Source: Patescibacteria group bacterium (GTDB taxonomy: Bacteria; Patescibacteriota; Minisyncoccia; Phycocordibacterales; Phycocordibacteraceae). Taken from it: DNA of 64,000 bases. The translations under genes and the position numbers were made by a program. The DNA lies in assembly GCA_018970425.1 (NCBI GenBank), contig JAGWWK010000001.1, forward strand, positions 144,845 to 208,844, read 5' to 3'. Positions 27,700 through 36,889 of the stretch are shown here, one piece after another. Every line of letters begins with the position of its first letter. Within the stretch, counting starts at the first letter, position 1. The notes below the pieces were generated by a model. It saw nothing but the letters and a program-made list of their open reading frames with translations. It ran no database searches and was not told where the DNA came from.

Positions 27700-28356
27700 T
27701 TAGAGCTTGCGAGAGGAGTCAACGAGCATCAGGAACAAGACACCAAGCGCTGCACCAAGCGAGAGGAAGACATGCCACAAAAAATGCGTTCCGAACGGTA
27801 TGACCGTGCAGGTGTAGAGATCGAGCGTCCGAAACCCGAACGCGATCAGGGATGAAATGACCGACAAGATTGCCACATATCCTACGGAACCGAACCGCTG
27901 AATGGAAAGCACAGACAAGTACCCCGCCGAAATAAGTACCGCAAGTACTACGCCAAGCGGCGGCCCCTGCATTGGTAGTACTGATTCAGATACGAATGAC
28001 AGCGCGTAGGTGAGTCCAAGGAACCCTACAAGGAGTCCGAGTGAGGCGAGAACACCGTACACGCGACGCGACCATGCGTACACAAACAAAAACAAGAATA
28101 AGAGCCCGGGAACTACATCAAGCGCAAGGGAGAGCGGTGTCCGGAATCCGTGCCAGAGAAAGGAGCCGACTCCCGTGAGCGCGAGAAGGAGCGCGAGTAC
28201 ACTAATGTCCGCGCTAAACCGCCGCTTTACCGCGTACGCGAGCGCCACCAATCCAAAAAGGACGATGATGGCGTTCGAGTAAAAGTTGATTGGCTCAGCC
28301 GGAAACAGGAACGCCCCGACAGGCGTCTCACAATAGATGGGTCCGATCGAGGACAT
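27700..28356 (-). CDS. hypothetical 7-TM membrane protein with conserved His residues (possibly ceramidase/hydrolase-like)
   Basis: 218 aa, polytopic. Contains LWHGF and HFLWH motifs. Family not identified. Confidence 0.4.
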   Translation of the reverse strand: MSSIGPIYCETPVGAFLFPAEPINFYSNAIIVLFGLVALAYAVKRRFSADISVLALLLALTGVGSFLWHGFRTPLSLALDVVPGLLFLFLFVYAWSRRVYGVLASLGLLVGFLGLTYALSFVSESVLPMQGPPLGVVLAVLISAGYLSVLSIQRFGSVGYVAILSVISSLIAFGFRTLDLYTCTVIPFGTHFLWHVFLSLGAALGVLFLMLVDSSRKL

Positions 28357-29054
28357 TATCTCGCTAGTGCTTTTTCGATCTCCGCACGGACTGCCTCTAG
28401 CGGCTGTGCGCCTGAAATGAGTACCGGCTCTTTTCCGCGTACTAAGAGAATGCTGTGTGGCGTACCTTGCGCGCGCGCCTTAATGGCGTCCTGGATCTGT
28501 GCTTCGATGCGTGCGCGGTGCGTACCTGCTGCGATACAGCTCTCAACGGGCGCAAGTGGCGCAACTGACGCGATTGTTGCTTCAAGCTTGTCCATCGGGA
28601 ACGGCGTGTTTAGCGGTGCGACAGAAAAGAGCGCGTCAACAAATTTCCAGTATGCGTCATTTCCTGCAGTTGACGCTACACACTCGGCTGCCTCAGCAAG
28701 CGCGGGCGCGTTCGGGTGGATCTGCGTGAGTGGGAAGTTGCGCAACACCCATGCCACCTGTCCATCATACTCCGCCACTACCTGCTTCATCGTTTCGTGA
28801 AAACGCTTGCAGAATGGGCACTCAAGGTCGGTATACTCAACAATCACAATCTTGGCATCACGATTTCCAAGCACGTGGTCATCTGCCTGGAGCGGCACTA
28901 CATCTTGGGCTGTTAGCGGCTTCTCAGCGGGGGGCGTAGTAGGCGCACCGGTGCCAACGCCACTCATGTAGACTGCTACCGCTACTAGCGCGCCGGCAAC
29001 AACAATCGCGAGCGGGGTACTGATTTCTGAAAGCAATGTTTTAGGTGAATCCAT
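28356..29054 (-). CDS. DsbA-family thiol:disulfide oxidoreductase, membrane-anchored (CPFC)
   Basis: 232 aa. N-terminal TM, Pro/Thr linker, thioredoxin fold with active site YTDLECPFCKRFH. Confidence 0.75.
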   Translation of the reverse strand: MDSPKTLLSEISTPLAIVVAGALVAVAVYMSGVGTGAPTTPPAEKPLTAQDVVPLQADDHVLGNRDAKIVIVEYTDLECPFCKRFHETMKQVVAEYDGQVAWVLRNFPLTQIHPNAPALAEAAECVASTAGNDAYWKFVDALFSVAPLNTPFPMDKLEATIASVAPLAPVESCIAAGTHRARIEAQIQDAIKARAQGTPHSILLVRGKEPVLISGAQPLEAVRAEIEKALAR

Positions 29055-29086
29055 AGAAGTTATGAATAGTTTGTAGTGCGTTCACA

Positions 29087-29773
29087 GTGTACCATGTAGG
29101 ATACCCATCGAGCGCCATGACTGCACCTCTCCCTGAAGCATATGAGCTCGGATCACTACCCTTTCTCGGAGCCACCATACACCTTGACTCTCACCCGCTG
29201 ATACCGCGCACTGAAACCGAGTTCTGGGTTGAACAATGCATCAACTCGCTCCGCGATCGTCCCGCTCCGCTACGGGTTGCGGACCTCTTCGCCGGCTCGG
29301 GATGCATCGGCATTGCTGTCCTTCTTCACCTACCTGCGGCACAGGTGACTTTTGGTGAAATAGAGAAGCGACACCTTACCACCATACACAAGAACATACG
29401 GGAAAACGGTATCGACCCAACCAGAGCACGCATTGTCCAAAGCGATGTATGGAGCGCGATGAGCGGAACATTTGATGTCATTCTCGCAAACCCGCCGTAC
29501 CTGTCAGAGGCGCGCATCGCACGCGTTGAAGCATCAGTCCTAGAGCACGAGCCAGAAGAGGCGCTCTTTGCGGAGGATGACGGATTCGCGTTCATTGAAA
29601 AAACCATAGCGGGGCTTCCCACACACATGGCCCCAGATGGTGTCTGTTATATAGAGCACGAACCCGAGCACTCGCGCCGCATTGCACTAGCCGCACAAGC
29701 ACTCGGTTATTCCGCGACCGTGCACAAAGATCAGTACGGAACAGAACGCTACTCTGTTATACTGAAGGCATGA
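29087..29773 (+). CDS. prmC: release-factor glutamine N5-methyltransferase (HemK/PrmC family)
   Basis: 228 aa. SAM motif DLFAGSGCIG and catalytic motif ILANPPYL (NPPY). Confidence 0.75.
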   Translation: MYHVGYPSSAMTAPLPEAYELGSLPFLGATIHLDSHPLIPRTETEFWVEQCINSLRDRPAPLRVADLFAGSGCIGIAVLLHLPAAQVTFGEIEKRHLTTIHKNIRENGIDPTRARIVQSDVWSAMSGTFDVILANPPYLSEARIARVEASVLEHEPEEALFAEDDGFAFIEKTIAGLPTHMAPDGVCYIEHEPEHSRRIALAAQALGYSATVHKDQYGTERYSVILKA

Positions 29774-29955
29774 TTTGGACCTTAATATTAGGTGTCGCCG
29801 CTCTCATAACGGCATACTATATTTTTGCGCTTTTTTACCACTGGTTACGGTTCAGCGCCACCATGCCGATGGTCTGGCTCGCAATTCCTGTGTATTTAGG
29901 AGGCGTTGTTTTTCTCTCACTGATTGCACTTGCGGCATATAACGCACTTGTATGA
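29770..29955 (+). CDS. small two-TM membrane protein
   Basis: 61 aa, hydrophobic. Overlaps prmC by 4 bp and the next ORF by 4 bp (translational coupling). Confidence 0.3.
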   Translation: MIWTLILGVAALITAYYIFALFYHWLRFSATMPMVWLAIPVYLGGVVFLSLIALAAYNALV

Positions 29956-30527
29956 GCTTTCTTAATCTTAAACTTCCCCCAGTTGTAGGTAGTGATACAG
30001 CGCGACAAGAAGAAAGACTGGTGCTTATTGTTCACAAGCACTGGTGGGCCCTGCTCCGCGAAATTGCCGGTATACTAGTGCTCTTTATCGTTCCCTTCAT
30101 TCTCGTTGGACTAGTATCAACCGTAGTTCCGCCCTCGATAGATGCCGCCCAGCTCGGTGCAGCGTCAGGATTCGTAGCTGCTCTCTGGGCACTTCTATGC
30201 TGGCACTTGATGTTTTCGCGCTGGACCGATTTTTACTTCGACGTCTGGATTATCACAAACTGGCGTATTATTGACTTAGATCTCCGAGGATTATTTCATG
30301 TCGATATTGCGACAATTCTCGACCTTGACCATATTCAGGATATCCAGACTGAGTCGGTAGGAGTAATTCAGAACCTACTGGGATTCGGTCTAATAAACAT
30401 TCAAACAGCAGCGACGCGACGCGAAGTATCATTTATCGATTGCCCGACTCCGCGTAAAATTGAATCGCGCATCCGCGAAGCTCAAACAGAACTCATGCGC
30501 ATTAAGGGTGCGCACGGACATGTATGA
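29952..30527 (+). CDS. membrane protein with bacterial PH-like (YdbS/YdbT-type) domain
   Basis: 191 aa. Two TMs after LVLIVHKHWWALLREIAG, then a soluble domain. Overlaps hisS by 4 bp. Confidence 0.4.
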   Translation: MSFLNLKLPPVVGSDTARQEERLVLIVHKHWWALLREIAGILVLFIVPFILVGLVSTVVPPSIDAAQLGAASGFVAALWALLCWHLMFSRWTDFYFDVWIITNWRIIDLDLRGLFHVDIATILDLDHIQDIQTESVGVIQNLLGFGLINIQTAATRREVSFIDCPTPRKIESRIREAQTELMRIKGAHGHV

Positions 30528-31729
30528 ATCAGCAGTATAAAGGTGTCCGGGACTTTTACCCGGAAGATCAGCGCGTGCAGAACTACCTCTTTTCCTCCCT
30601 CCGGCGTACGGTAGAGTCATATGGGTATGAAGAATATAATGCATCAATTCTAGAACCAACGGAGCTCTATACGGCTAAGTCGAGTCAAGAGATAGTCTCT
30701 GAGCAGACGTACACATTTGAAGATCGTGGCGGGCGATCTGTGACGCTCCGACCCGAAATGACACCGACTGTCGCGCGCATGGTCGCAGCACGAAAACGGG
30801 AGCTGGGCTACCCGCTACGTCTCTACTCTATTCAAAACTTTTTTCGCTACGAGCGGCCCCAGCGCGGCAGATTCCGTGAGTTTTGGCAATTGAACGTCGA
30901 TCTCTTCGGCGTTTCAGATGCTGCAGCAGATATTGAAATGATCGTACTCGCGCACCGACTACTTACTGAACTTGGTTCTCGCGAAGGACAATTCACCATT
31001 CGCATTAACGACCGCAGTGCTGCGTCGGACGCGCTTGCGGCTGCACTCCGTGACCCACTCCGCGTGAAAGAAGCCTTTGCGCTCATTGATCAAAAAGAAA
31101 AGCTCGATCCGTCACTTTTTGCCGCCCGATGGGAGGAGCTTGCAGCGATTTCTTTCGATATCGTCTTTGCCATGCCTGAGTCTGTACGCGCCCTTCTCGC
31201 GGAGCTTAACGCGCGCGGTGTCACGAACTGCGCGTATGACCCAACCGTAGTGCGCGGCTTCGACTACTACACGGGTATGGTGTTTGAAATATACGATACG
31301 AGCGGAGAAAACACTCGCTCCATGTTTGGTGGCGGTCGCTATGACACACTGGTTGAAAAGTACGGGATGGAGCCGGTACCAGCAGTAGGGTTCGCGCTTG
31401 GTGATGTGACGATGGTCAACTTTCTCGAGACGCACCACCTCCTTCCTCCGCTTGCTCCACGCACGCAGCTCTATCTCGTACCGCTCGACCCGCATGCAAT
31501 CGCACTCGCTGACACGCTCCGCGAGTCCGGAGTAACGGTCGCGCTCGGTATGAAGCATACACGCATTGCTGATCACCTGCGCGCGGCGGAGAAACTCGGT
31601 ATTCCGTTCGTAGCAGTCTTTGGCAACCAAGAGGTTGCATCACAGGAACTCACTATGCGCCGCATTGGTACCGGAGCCGAAACGCGCGTGCGCATTGATG
31701 CGGTGCATGCCTTCCTCACCGGGCAGTGA
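30524..31729 (+). CDS. hisS: histidine--tRNA ligase
   Basis: 401 aa. Class II motifs: motif 2 region FRYERPQRGRFREFWQ and motif 3 GGGRYD. The N-terminus MNQQYKGVRDFYPED is typical of HisRS. Confidence 0.9.
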   Translation: MNQQYKGVRDFYPEDQRVQNYLFSSLRRTVESYGYEEYNASILEPTELYTAKSSQEIVSEQTYTFEDRGGRSVTLRPEMTPTVARMVAARKRELGYPLRLYSIQNFFRYERPQRGRFREFWQLNVDLFGVSDAAADIEMIVLAHRLLTELGSREGQFTIRINDRSAASDALAAALRDPLRVKEAFALIDQKEKLDPSLFAARWEELAAISFDIVFAMPESVRALLAELNARGVTNCAYDPTVVRGFDYYTGMVFEIYDTSGENTRSMFGGGRYDTLVEKYGMEPVPAVGFALGDVTMVNFLETHHLLPPLAPRTQLYLVPLDPHAIALADTLRESGVTVALGMKHTRIADHLRAAEKLGIPFVAVFGNQEVASQELTMRRIGTGAETRVRIDAVHAFLTGQ

Positions 31730-31730
31730 T

Positions 31731-32297
31731 ATGCGAAAAATTACCCTGGACATCGAGACGACCTCAGCCGCCTCTCACTTCGACATGAGCGCGATGGAGC
31801 TCTCCGTTGTTGGTACGCATGATTCTCTGACTGACGTATATCGCGCCTATACCGTACCTGAACTGCCGGAGCTCTGGCCTATTCTTGAGTCCGCAGACCT
31901 CCTCATCGGCTTTAACTCCGACCATTTTGACATTCCTATTCTTGACCGCTACTACGCGGGAGATCTCACGCGCATTCGCTCGCTTGACCTCCTCGTCGAA
32001 GTAAAAAAATCGCTCGGCCGCCGCATCAAGCTCGACTCCATCGCTAAAGCAACACTTGGGACAAGGAAGAGCGGTCACGGCCTTGACGCGGTTACATGGT
32101 GGGCAGAGGGGAAGGTAGAAAAGGTGAAGAAGTACTGCCTCGACGATGTTCGTATTACGAAACAAATCTACGACTATGCTCGTGAGCATAAAAAGCTGCG
32201 TTTCGACGACTTCGGTAAGAAACGCGACATCCCCATCGATTCAGATACTTGGGAGTCCGTCGCACCTACTGTTCTTACGCACACACTGCCCTTTTGA
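31731..32297 (+). CDS. RNase H-like 3'-5' exonuclease domain protein (YprB/PolB-exo-like)
   Basis: The ORF runs 31620..32297. The likely start is the ATG at 31731, 2 bp after the hisS stop. Exo I motif LDIETT; downstream acidic motifs GFNSDHFD and LDDV. Confidence 0.55.
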   Translation: MRKITLDIETTSAASHFDMSAMELSVVGTHDSLTDVYRAYTVPELPELWPILESADLLIGFNSDHFDIPILDRYYAGDLTRIRSLDLLVEVKKSLGRRIKLDSIAKATLGTRKSGHGLDAVTWWAEGKVEKVKKYCLDDVRITKQIYDYAREHKKLRFDDFGKKRDIPIDSDTWESVAPTVLTHTLPF

Positions 32298-32315
32298 CAG
32301 TGCTAGGATAGAGCT

Positions 32316-33017
32316 ATGCAAGCACAAGAAACCTCAGTTTGGCCTATCGCTATCGCGATCATTGTAGTAGGTGCGATGATTGCGTACGCCCTGTACAGCG
32401 CACTTCGCCCAGAGCAATCACTCGTTCTCGGCCAGAGCGCGCGCGTGAGTGAAGCACCACCAATCACTGAGGCCGACCATGTGCTCGGCAATCCTGACGC
32501 ACCGATCAAGATTATTACCTATACCGACCTTGATTGCCCCTACTGCAGGAGCTTCCACGCGGTTATGAAGCAACTTATGGCGGTCTACGGCACTAACGGG
32601 TCAGTTGCGTGGGTATACCGGCATTTCCCGCTTGTTGAACTACACCCTAACGCTCCCGCTCTCGCGGAGGCATCTGAGTGCGCTGCTGAACTCGGCGGTA
32701 CTGATGCATTTTGGAAATTTATGGACGGAGCATTCACTGCTGATCGCCTTAATGACCGCTTTGACATGACACAACTCGAGCCGGTAGCTGCGTCCGCAGG
32801 AGTACCGCTTCAACAGTTCAGGGACTGCATGAGTTCAGGCCGCCATCGCGCTGCCATAAAAGAGGAGTTTGAGGATGCAAAGAAAGCTGGCGCGACCGGC
32901 ACACCGTTCAGTATTGTGATGAGTGCAGGAAATCCTGCGCTTCCCATCTCGGGCAGTCGCTCATTTGGCGGCATGCAGGACATCATTGAATCGCTCCGCT
33001 CCGCGGGCGGGTACTAA
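32316..33017 (+). CDS. DsbA-family thiol:disulfide oxidoreductase, membrane-anchored (CPYC). Paralog of 28356..29054
   Basis: 233 aa. N-terminal TM and active site YTDLDCPYCRSFH. Co-linear similarity to the other DsbA-like gene (HVLGN.DA.I.I..YTDL.CP.C..FH...KQ...Y...V.WV.R.FPL...HPNAPALAEA.EC). Confidence 0.75.
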   Translation: MQAQETSVWPIAIAIIVVGAMIAYALYSALRPEQSLVLGQSARVSEAPPITEADHVLGNPDAPIKIITYTDLDCPYCRSFHAVMKQLMAVYGTNGSVAWVYRHFPLVELHPNAPALAEASECAAELGGTDAFWKFMDGAFTADRLNDRFDMTQLEPVAASAGVPLQQFRDCMSSGRHRAAIKEEFEDAKKAGATGTPFSIVMSAGNPALPISGSRSFGGMQDIIESLRSAGGY

Positions 33018-33913
33018 GAAACGAGTCCCATCCGGTAGAGTTCAAATGAGTGCGCTCCGTCGAAAAGATCCGTCGGGTTTGGTAAGAATGACCGCCGCGT
33101 ACGTACATCCTCGCTTGCGTCGTTGAGGAGGCGCACAAACACTGCATACTCTTCAGCGAGTGTATCGTACTCGAGTACGTACCGGCGCAACTGACTCGAT
33201 CCGTCTCGATTTTCCCGCTTTCGACACTCGTACACGATGAATCGCTTGACCGGCTTCTTAAACTCAGCACTAACCGTGCAGTAGTTAAAAAGAGCTTGGA
33301 GGACAAATAATGGCTTGTCTTCGCGGAGTGCGCTAAACGTGTCGACAAACTTATGATCGACAATATCTATGCATCCTGGGTTTCCGCGCGACGCTATGAC
33401 CAAATCCGAAATCGCTTTGACGGGCAGTGGAGCGCCGGTGACCGGAGCGATTCCTGAAAACTCTACGCCAAACACTTTGTGCCGAGGCGGTCGCGCAAGG
33501 TAAAATCCAATTGCTTGCAAGTACTCCGCCTCCATGGCACGCCGCTTGTCGGCTTGCGCGCGCCGTGACACAGCTTTTCCAAACGCAATTTCGTAATCAG
33601 GGACACCGCGCAGGTACTCAAGGCCGAGTGAGGTCGAGGCAGCAGCAGTAAGGCCTCCGTAAAAATGCTCAAGCGCTACGTGACCAGCACGGCCCACTGC
33701 CGCCGCGGGTGACGAGGGCATATCGTACACACGCTCTACATAGCGCTTGTACCAAGCAAGCGGGTTCCGTAAGTATGTGGTGAGCGATGAGTATGACCAG
33801 TACGGGATTGGATACTTTTTCTTAGTCAGTTTTGAGCTCACGTATACACAATACACTGTAAGTCTCATGCGGAGGTGGTGCTTGTCTCGGGGTTGACAAA
33901 GACTAATTGACAT
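33014..33913 (-). CDS. PD-(D/E)XK-superfamily nuclease (RecB/Cas4-like fold, stand-alone)
   Basis: 299 aa. N-terminal YSSLTTYLRNPLAWYKRY. Motif II/III GCIDIVDHKF (D...D-x-K). No Cas4-type C-terminal Cys cluster. The start may be the internal Met at 33868. Confidence 0.55.
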   Translation of the reverse strand: MSISLCQPRDKHHLRMRLTVYCVYVSSKLTKKKYPIPYWSYSSLTTYLRNPLAWYKRYVERVYDMPSSPAAAVGRAGHVALEHFYGGLTAAASTSLGLEYLRGVPDYEIAFGKAVSRRAQADKRRAMEAEYLQAIGFYLARPPRHKVFGVEFSGIAPVTGAPLPVKAISDLVIASRGNPGCIDIVDHKFVDTFSALREDKPLFVLQALFNYCTVSAEFKKPVKRFIVYECRKRENRDGSSQLRRYVLEYDTLAEEYAVFVRLLNDASEDVRTRRSFLPNPTDLFDGAHSFELYRMGLVS

Positions 33914-33935
33914 TGGTTAGTAAAAGGTGTATACT
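33907..33935 (+). promoter_or_regulatory. consensus sigma-70-type promoter TTGACA-17-TATACT upstream of the antiporter gene
   Basis: TTGACA at 33907-33912, a 17-bp spacer and TATACT at 33930-33935. A second TTGACA lies at 33893-33898. The predicted 5' UTR is about 85 nt. Confidence 0.55.
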
Positions 33936-34026
33936 CTGACTTGGATTTTTAGGGTGTTTGTATCAGAGCCCTTCCGCGGGCACTGCATAGAGGTACTCTT
34001 CAGTTCCACAGTTATAACCGACGCGC

Positions 34027-36153
34027 ATGCTCACCGCTTCTGCTGCTTTTGCACTCTTTGTTATGCTCGCACTTGCGAGCGGCGTGTACTTTATCGCTGA
34101 GCGCCTGCGTATCCCGTACACGGTTCTTCTCACCTTTACCGGCATACTGCTTGTTCCGCTTTCCGTACTTGAGCCGTTTGCGTTCCTGCGCGATTTTTCT
34201 CTGACGCCTGAGCTCCTCTTCTACATTTTCCTCCCGACGCTCATCTTTGAGTCCGCGTACAACATGAACCTCCGCCGCGTGGTGCAGGACTCTCCGTCTA
34301 TTATGCTCCTTGCGATCGTCGGCTACCTCGTCTCAGCTTTCGCTATCGGCGGTGCGCTGTGGTTCGTTTTTAGTCTCATCGGCCTAGAGATTCCGTTCAT
34401 GGTGACGCTGCTTTTCGGCGCACTCATCTCTGCCACCGACCCGGTCGCGGTACTTGCACTCTTTAAGGAGTTTGGTGCACCGCGCCGGCTCTCAACCATT
34501 TTTGAAGGCGAATCATTGATGAACGATGCGACTGCCCTAGCACTCTTCGTGATTATACTCGGCCTTATTGAGCACGGCGTTTCAGTAGGCGCGCTCGGAA
34601 CCGGAGCGCTCTCGTTCACGATCATGCTCGTCGGAGGTACTGCGTTTGGAATCCTCTGCGGCGCAGTGGTTTCTTGGACTACGGGTCTCTTTCGACATAA
34701 CGAACTCATCGCGGTGTCTCTCATGCTCGTACTCGCGCACCTCACCTTTATTTCGTCAGAACTCATTAACGAGTACTTCCGTCACCATCACCTCGCGTAC
34801 ATCCAACTCTCACCTATTATTGCAACTACGATCGCATCTCTGTTTATGGGTGCGTACGGCCGATTCAAGATCACACCGCAGGCGGAAGAGTTCATTGAAA
34901 AGTTCTGGTCGCAGTTTGCCTTTATGGCGAACTCCGTCATTTTCATACTTCTCGGTCTCTTGCTCTCTACAGTAGACGCAGATTTGAGCCTCCTCGCGTG
35001 GCCTATCGTTCTGTCCGTCCTTGTGGTAGCAGTAGCCCGAGCACTTTCAGTGTATGGAAGCCTTATTCCGTTTAACGCACTAGTACCGGAGCGCCTTCGT
35101 GTATCGCTTGACTGGCAGCATATGCTCGCGTGGGGATCCCTGCGTGGCGCGCTCGCCTTAATGCTCGTTCTCCTGATCCCCGGGGATCTGGTAGTCCCTG
35201 GCTGGACACTCGCACTGCCGGTCAAAGATTTCCTTATAGTCATTACCATTGCTTGTATCTTTGCCACTCTTTTCATAAAGGCGCCGTTCGTGGGGCCGAT
35301 TATGCGCCGCCTGAAAATAAACACCCTCACCTCGCTTGAGTGCGCGGCGCGCGACCGCGCCAGAGCGATTGTGCACGGAACAACGGTGGAACGGCTCCGC
35401 AGTTATAGCGAGAAGGGCTATGTTCCGCCGTCGGTCGGCAAGGAACTTGGCGAGAGTCATACTGAGCGTTTTAGCTCTTCGTGCACCCCGCTTGATGCTC
35501 CCGAAATGACTGAGCGCGCACTCCTCATCTACCTTCTCGGGCGCGAAAAAGAGGTTCTGAAAGAGCTCCTCACATTTGACGAAGTGACAGAGCGCATTTA
35601 CAAGCGCGTCGCCGCGAAGCTCTCTACCCAGATAGAAGAAGTCGAGCGCGGGAATGTACATCCAGATCCTCACGCAACATACGACTATCGAGATGTGTTT
35701 GAAAACCTGGCGGAGTTCTTGCGCGATATCTTTATGCCTGACTCGCTCGACAACGCGATACGCGAAGAGTATTTGTATCTCCGCGCTCAGGAAATTCTTT
35801 CTCGTAAGGTGGTAAAAGAAATTGAGCGCTTGCAAAATGAATTCGGGGCGCCGGTATTCCCGCAGGTGTTTCTCGACCGAGCGCACGTGCGCTATAGCGA
35901 GTTCCTTACTCAGGCACAGGAGAAGCGCGCGTCACTCGCACAGCGCTTCCCCGGGATCGTTACGTCACTGGACCACACGCTAGCGTACCGCTCTGTCTAC
36001 CGCGTGGAAGAGGCAGTCCTCGGCGAGCTTGCGCACCGCGACCTCATTACACCAAAGCTCCATGCCGCTATGCTCGGCGAGTACCGTGATGAGGCACAGA
36101 GCCGATCGCTTAAAGTGAAGCGTGCAGGTAGTCGTTTATCAATAAACGAATAA
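34027..36153 (+). CDS. monovalent cation:proton antiporter (CPA1/NhaP-type) with large C-terminal cytoplasmic regulatory domain
   Basis: 708 aa. About 400 aa of 10-12 TM Na_H exchanger core (TDPVAVLALFKE, SLMNDATA), then about 300 aa of soluble C-terminus. Confidence 0.8.
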   Translation: MLTASAAFALFVMLALASGVYFIAERLRIPYTVLLTFTGILLVPLSVLEPFAFLRDFSLTPELLFYIFLPTLIFESAYNMNLRRVVQDSPSIMLLAIVGYLVSAFAIGGALWFVFSLIGLEIPFMVTLLFGALISATDPVAVLALFKEFGAPRRLSTIFEGESLMNDATALALFVIILGLIEHGVSVGALGTGALSFTIMLVGGTAFGILCGAVVSWTTGLFRHNELIAVSLMLVLAHLTFISSELINEYFRHHHLAYIQLSPIIATTIASLFMGAYGRFKITPQAEEFIEKFWSQFAFMANSVIFILLGLLLSTVDADLSLLAWPIVLSVLVVAVARALSVYGSLIPFNALVPERLRVSLDWQHMLAWGSLRGALALMLVLLIPGDLVVPGWTLALPVKDFLIVITIACIFATLFIKAPFVGPIMRRLKINTLTSLECAARDRARAIVHGTTVERLRSYSEKGYVPPSVGKELGESHTERFSSSCTPLDAPEMTERALLIYLLGREKEVLKELLTFDEVTERIYKRVAAKLSTQIEEVERGNVHPDPHATYDYRDVFENLAEFLRDIFMPDSLDNAIREEYLYLRAQEILSRKVVKEIERLQNEFGAPVFPQVFLDRAHVRYSEFLTQAQEKRASLAQRFPGIVTSLDHTLAYRSVYRVEEAVLGELAHRDLITPKLHAAMLGEYRDEAQSRSLKVKRAGSRLSINE

Positions 36154-36156
36154 TTC

Positions 36157-36411
36157 ATGTCACGTACGAGTATTTATAATCGAACACCGGAACGGCAAGA
36201 CAATCCAGCTGTTATTGCAGGACTTTTTTCATCGATTGCGTGCACCGCATTGGTTCTTTATTTTTTTGGAGAAGGTAAATTCAATATTGATACGCCGAGC
36301 GATCTGGTAAAACTACTCATCACTGCGCTGTTTGGTTTTATAGTCTTCCGAGACATTCGTAAGTACTATGAAAACTCCTGTCCGCGTGAAGGCGGAGCGG
36401 CTTACGCGTAA
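36157..36411 (+). CDS. small two-TM membrane protein
   Basis: 84 aa. Starts 3 bp after the antiporter stop. Hydrophobic helices VIAGLFSSIACTALVLYFF and LVKLLITALFGFIVF. Confidence 0.3.
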   Translation: MSRTSIYNRTPERQDNPAVIAGLFSSIACTALVLYFFGEGKFNIDTPSDLVKLLITALFGFIVFRDIRKYYENSCPREGGAAYA

Positions 36412-36425
36412 TTCGCATAAAACGA

Positions 36426-36454
36426 TTGCCGCGAGAGGCCTAGTGAGGTATACT
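36426..36454 (+). promoter_or_regulatory. candidate promoter TTGCCG-17-TATACT at the 5' edge of the ORF-free AT-rich island
   Basis: The -10 hexamer TATACT (36449-36454) is consensus-like. The -35 hexamer matches the consensus at 4 of 6 positions. Confidence 0.3.
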
Positions 36455-36460
36455 AGTAAA

Positions 36461-36733
36461 GCTCCGTAAGGGGGTCTGTCACAGTGTCAAAGCACTGAAT
36501 AGAGACTCTCTTCGGATGAAGTGAAGGAAGCCATATGGCGGTGCGCCACAGAGCGCCCTTTGCGCTTTATTCATTTAGCCAGCACCAATATGTTCTCTTC
36601 AGAGAATGAAATACCTCCATTCATAATTTCTAGCTTAGCACTAACTATATTGTCTTCACTCGGACTGAATTTATAGCGAGCATATTCACCGCCTCACTCA
36701 CTGAAAGAAATGCTCGGTGAGAGGCGGTTTTTT
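36461..36733 (+). ncRNA. candidate small transcript: GC-rich structured 5' part (~36461-36580), then a 28-codon hydrophobic sORF (36590-36676, MFSSENEIPPFIISSLALTILSSLGLNL), ending at a rho-independent terminator
   Basis: No ORF of 60 aa or longer on either strand across 36412-36890. Local AT-richness. A terminator-bounded unit on the plus strand. Confidence 0.3.
36689..36733 (+). terminator. rho-independent terminator (9-bp stem with a one-nt bulge, then TTTTTT)
   Basis: CCGCCTCAC (36689-36697) pairs with GTGAGAGGCGG (36717-36727); T-run 36728-36733. Confidence 0.6.
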
Positions 36734-36889
36734 GCTTCTTCGATCTCGTTACGCTCTGCGTTGTCGAATACCTTTGCGTATGATACGTTCAAGTATGGGA
36801 GTTTGTACTGCAGAATCCGCATGTCGGATTTTGACTAGAAACTCTCGTATTTATTAGTAAGGCGCTGACCGCGCACATACGGAGTTCTT

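Noticed and set aside
36461-36580. Possible SRP (4.5S) RNA in the AT-rich island, because of a GAAGGAAGCC motif
   Set aside because: The motif resembles the AGGAAGCAGCC of SRP RNA helix 8, but the flanking pairing and the conserved GNRA-tetraloop context could not be reconstructed. It is left as an unassigned candidate ncRNA.
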